Source: a virus. Taken from it: DNA of 64,000 bases. Of this stretch, positions 62,636 to 64,000 are shown one piece after another; positions within the stretch are counted from its first letter, which is position 1; every line of letters begins with the position of its first letter. The stretch is from positions 102,170 through 166,169 of the IMG/VR virus record IMGVR_UViG_3300029922_000007; one strand, given 5' to 3'. The notes beneath the pieces were generated by a model. That model had not been told where the DNA came from. It made no database searches and worked only from the letters and a program-made list of their open reading frames with translations. The translations under genes were made by a program, and so were the position numbers.

Positions 62636-62875
62636 ATGCCAAAGTTAACAAAGGTTCAAGTCAAAGCAATGCAAGACGTATGCCACTATATCTTAGACTG
62701 TACTGATGCGGACTATGACGATTATGTACAGTATTGTGACGATTATGGTTATGATCCTGCTAAGATACGCGGCAAGGGGCAGAGTAAACACGTATACGCT
62801 AAGGCTTATCGCACTGTTAACCTTGCAACGTTGCGCCGCGTATCGCTTGACGGTACGTCATACACGGTAGTTTGA
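62636..62875 (+). CDS. Hypothetical protein
   Basis: GAGG SD. Confidence 0.65.
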   Translation: MPKLTKVQVKAMQDVCHYILDCTDADYDDYVQYCDDYGYDPAKIRGKGQSKHVYAKAYRTVNLATLRRVSLDGTSYTVV

Positions 62876-62900
62876 TCTAAGCTAGTTAACTCTCAATTGA

Positions 62901-62971
62901 CGGTATCACTTCGACCGCTAGGTTTTGCTATAGGACACGATTAGAGGTCAATAGCGGTCGAAGTGATACCG
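62901..62971. repeat. Perfect 20-bp inverted repeat with a 31-nt spacer
   Basis: CGGTATCACTTCGACCGCTA ... TAGCGGTCGAAGTGATACCG. Confidence 0.95.
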
Positions 62972-63214
62972 GGTTAGGGCGATAGCCTATCGCGCTGTTT
63001 TTGACTCCCTGCTAGGCATGCGGCGCGAGTCAATACCGTGACACGGCTATTACATTATATAGCTGTTAAAATTTCAAGTATTCCCGACACATGGGTTACT
63101 ATCGCTATGCCTTGATTGACACATTGCGTTAATTTCGGCCCAGTCTTTTTGGACACACCCCCTGTGTCAAATCGGATTTTTACCCTGGATCTTTTTCCCT
63201 AATAGGAGATTTTT

Positions 63215-63544
63215 ATGGACGTTCGTCGTGGTCAATGGGTTAGATTCGACTGTTTTAAGTTAGTTGAAGACGATAAAGGGAAGTATACAGGAGAATTAGC
63301 TTCAATCCATTGCTATTATCGTATTATGGGTATTTCTAAGGCTAAGGGTATGTTCACCGTAGAATATCCCGACTACGTATTTAGCCTTGATGATGGGTCG
63401 GTACTGTATGGTGACGAAAAATGTCCGCATGTTGGCTCAGTATCTCCTCTTAACATTGAAGATATGATTTGGCTTAATGAGGTATTGAATGAATCCCCTC
63501 AAGCTATTATGATTGAAGCTAGGGGAGAATACTACCGAGTATAG
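63215..63544 (+). CDS. Hypothetical protein
   Basis: AGGAG SD. Confidence 0.7.
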   Translation: MDVRRGQWVRFDCFKLVEDDKGKYTGELASIHCYYRIMGISKAKGMFTVEYPDYVFSLDDGSVLYGDEKCPHVGSVSPLNIEDMIWLNEVLNESPQAIMIEARGEYYRV

Positions 63545-63569
63545 TTTAGGGTAGGGGGTATGCAAAAAT

Positions 63570-63636
63570 TGGCCTATCCCTTGCATCTATCCCAAAAGTG
63601 ATTTTTGGGTAGGGGTATGTTGGAATAAGGCTTGCA
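63570..63636 (+). promoter_or_regulatory. Two sigma54-type promoters
   Basis: TGGCCTATCCCTTGCA (63570-63585) and TGGAATAAGGCTTGCA (63621-63636), each preceded by GGGTAGGGG(G)TATG. Confidence 0.6.
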
Positions 63637-63702
63637 TTATATTTTAGTTCAGTAGTGAATTTTCTCAAAAGTGAATTTTATCAAAGGAGTTAGGGTGTCT
63701 CT

Positions 63703-64000
63703 ATGAAACTGCAAATTAAGAATCGGTTTACGGATCTTGTTATTTTTGAAGCTGATACTGCGGATATGAAAGCCTTAGTTCTATTGGCTATCGCTTCCGA
63801 TATCTCTCTGTCTGGGGCCAACCTGTCTGGGGCCAACCTGTCTGGGGCCAACCTGTCTGGGGCCAACCTGTCTGGGGCCAACCTGTCTCGGGCCAACCTG
63901 TCTCGGGCCAACCTGTCTCGGGCCAACCTGTATGGGGCCGACCTGTCTCGGGCCTACCTGTCTGGGGCCTACCTGTCTGGGGCCGACCTGTCTGGGGCCA
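63703..64000 (+). CDS. Pentapeptide-repeat protein (partial)
   Basis: [12 protein letters not shown] then ([10 protein letters not shown])n. Confidence 0.9.
   Translation, partial: MKLQIKNRFTDLVIFEADTADMKALVLLAIASDISLSGANLSGANLSGANLSGANLSGANLSRANLSRANLSRANLYGADLSRAYLSGAYLSGADLSGA
63808..64000 (+). repeat. 15-bp tandem repeat, at least 12 copies
   Basis: CTGTCTGGGGCCAAC and variants. Confidence 0.95.

Noticed and set aside
63690-63926. Minus-strand ORF with ([10 protein letters not shown]) repeats
   Set aside because: Antisense reading of the pentapeptide-repeat gene.
61502-64000. Tandem repeats as possible CRISPR arrays
   Set aside because: Units abut with no unique spacers and are in-frame coding repeats.
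1-64000. Stop-codon reassignment; tRNA genes
   Set aside because: Long genes are intact in the standard code, with TAA, TAG and TGA all used as stops; no cloverleaf with a T-loop consensus was seen by eye.

Overview
The window is 64 kb of a large tailed phage with a contractile (myovirus-type) tail, read in the standard genetic code. Its host is probably Gram-negative, because it encodes a PagL-like outer-membrane barrel. All family assignments are by-eye motif recognition; no database search was run. 1-33.3 kb is a minus-strand tail/baseplate module: fibres, a tube-like protein, a wedge protein, a giant 2746-aa baseplate-J-like protein, a LysM/gp25-like fusion, spike, hub and tape measure. 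Plus-strand islands and free-standing homing endonucleases break this module up. 33.4-58.5 kb holds middle/accessory genes: a PagL-like lipid A deacylase, tandem MazG, an IMPDH/GMP-reductase-family enzyme, class II RNR with a LAGLIDADG intein, an RNA-repair cluster (Rnl1-type ligase, PNKP, HAD, Pol-beta nucleotidyltransferase, phosphoesterase) and a short tyrosine recombinase. From about 58.6 kb the strand and composition switch to an early/leading-type region. Five observations stand out. (1) Three DUF3494-like ice-binding beta-solenoid domains occur in apparent virion proteins: two inserted in the baseplate-J protein and one in a stand-alone gene with a late-type promoter. (2) The PagL-like protein has an intact catalytic motif. 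(3) Promoters appear to form three tiers: sigma54-type GG-N10-GC sites with palindromic enhancer-like sites in the early region, sigma70 promoters that often give leaderless mRNAs, and a CAATCTTR late motif. (4) There are two or three candidate structured ncRNAs. (5) GAAGA/TCTTC is almost absent from the early region.
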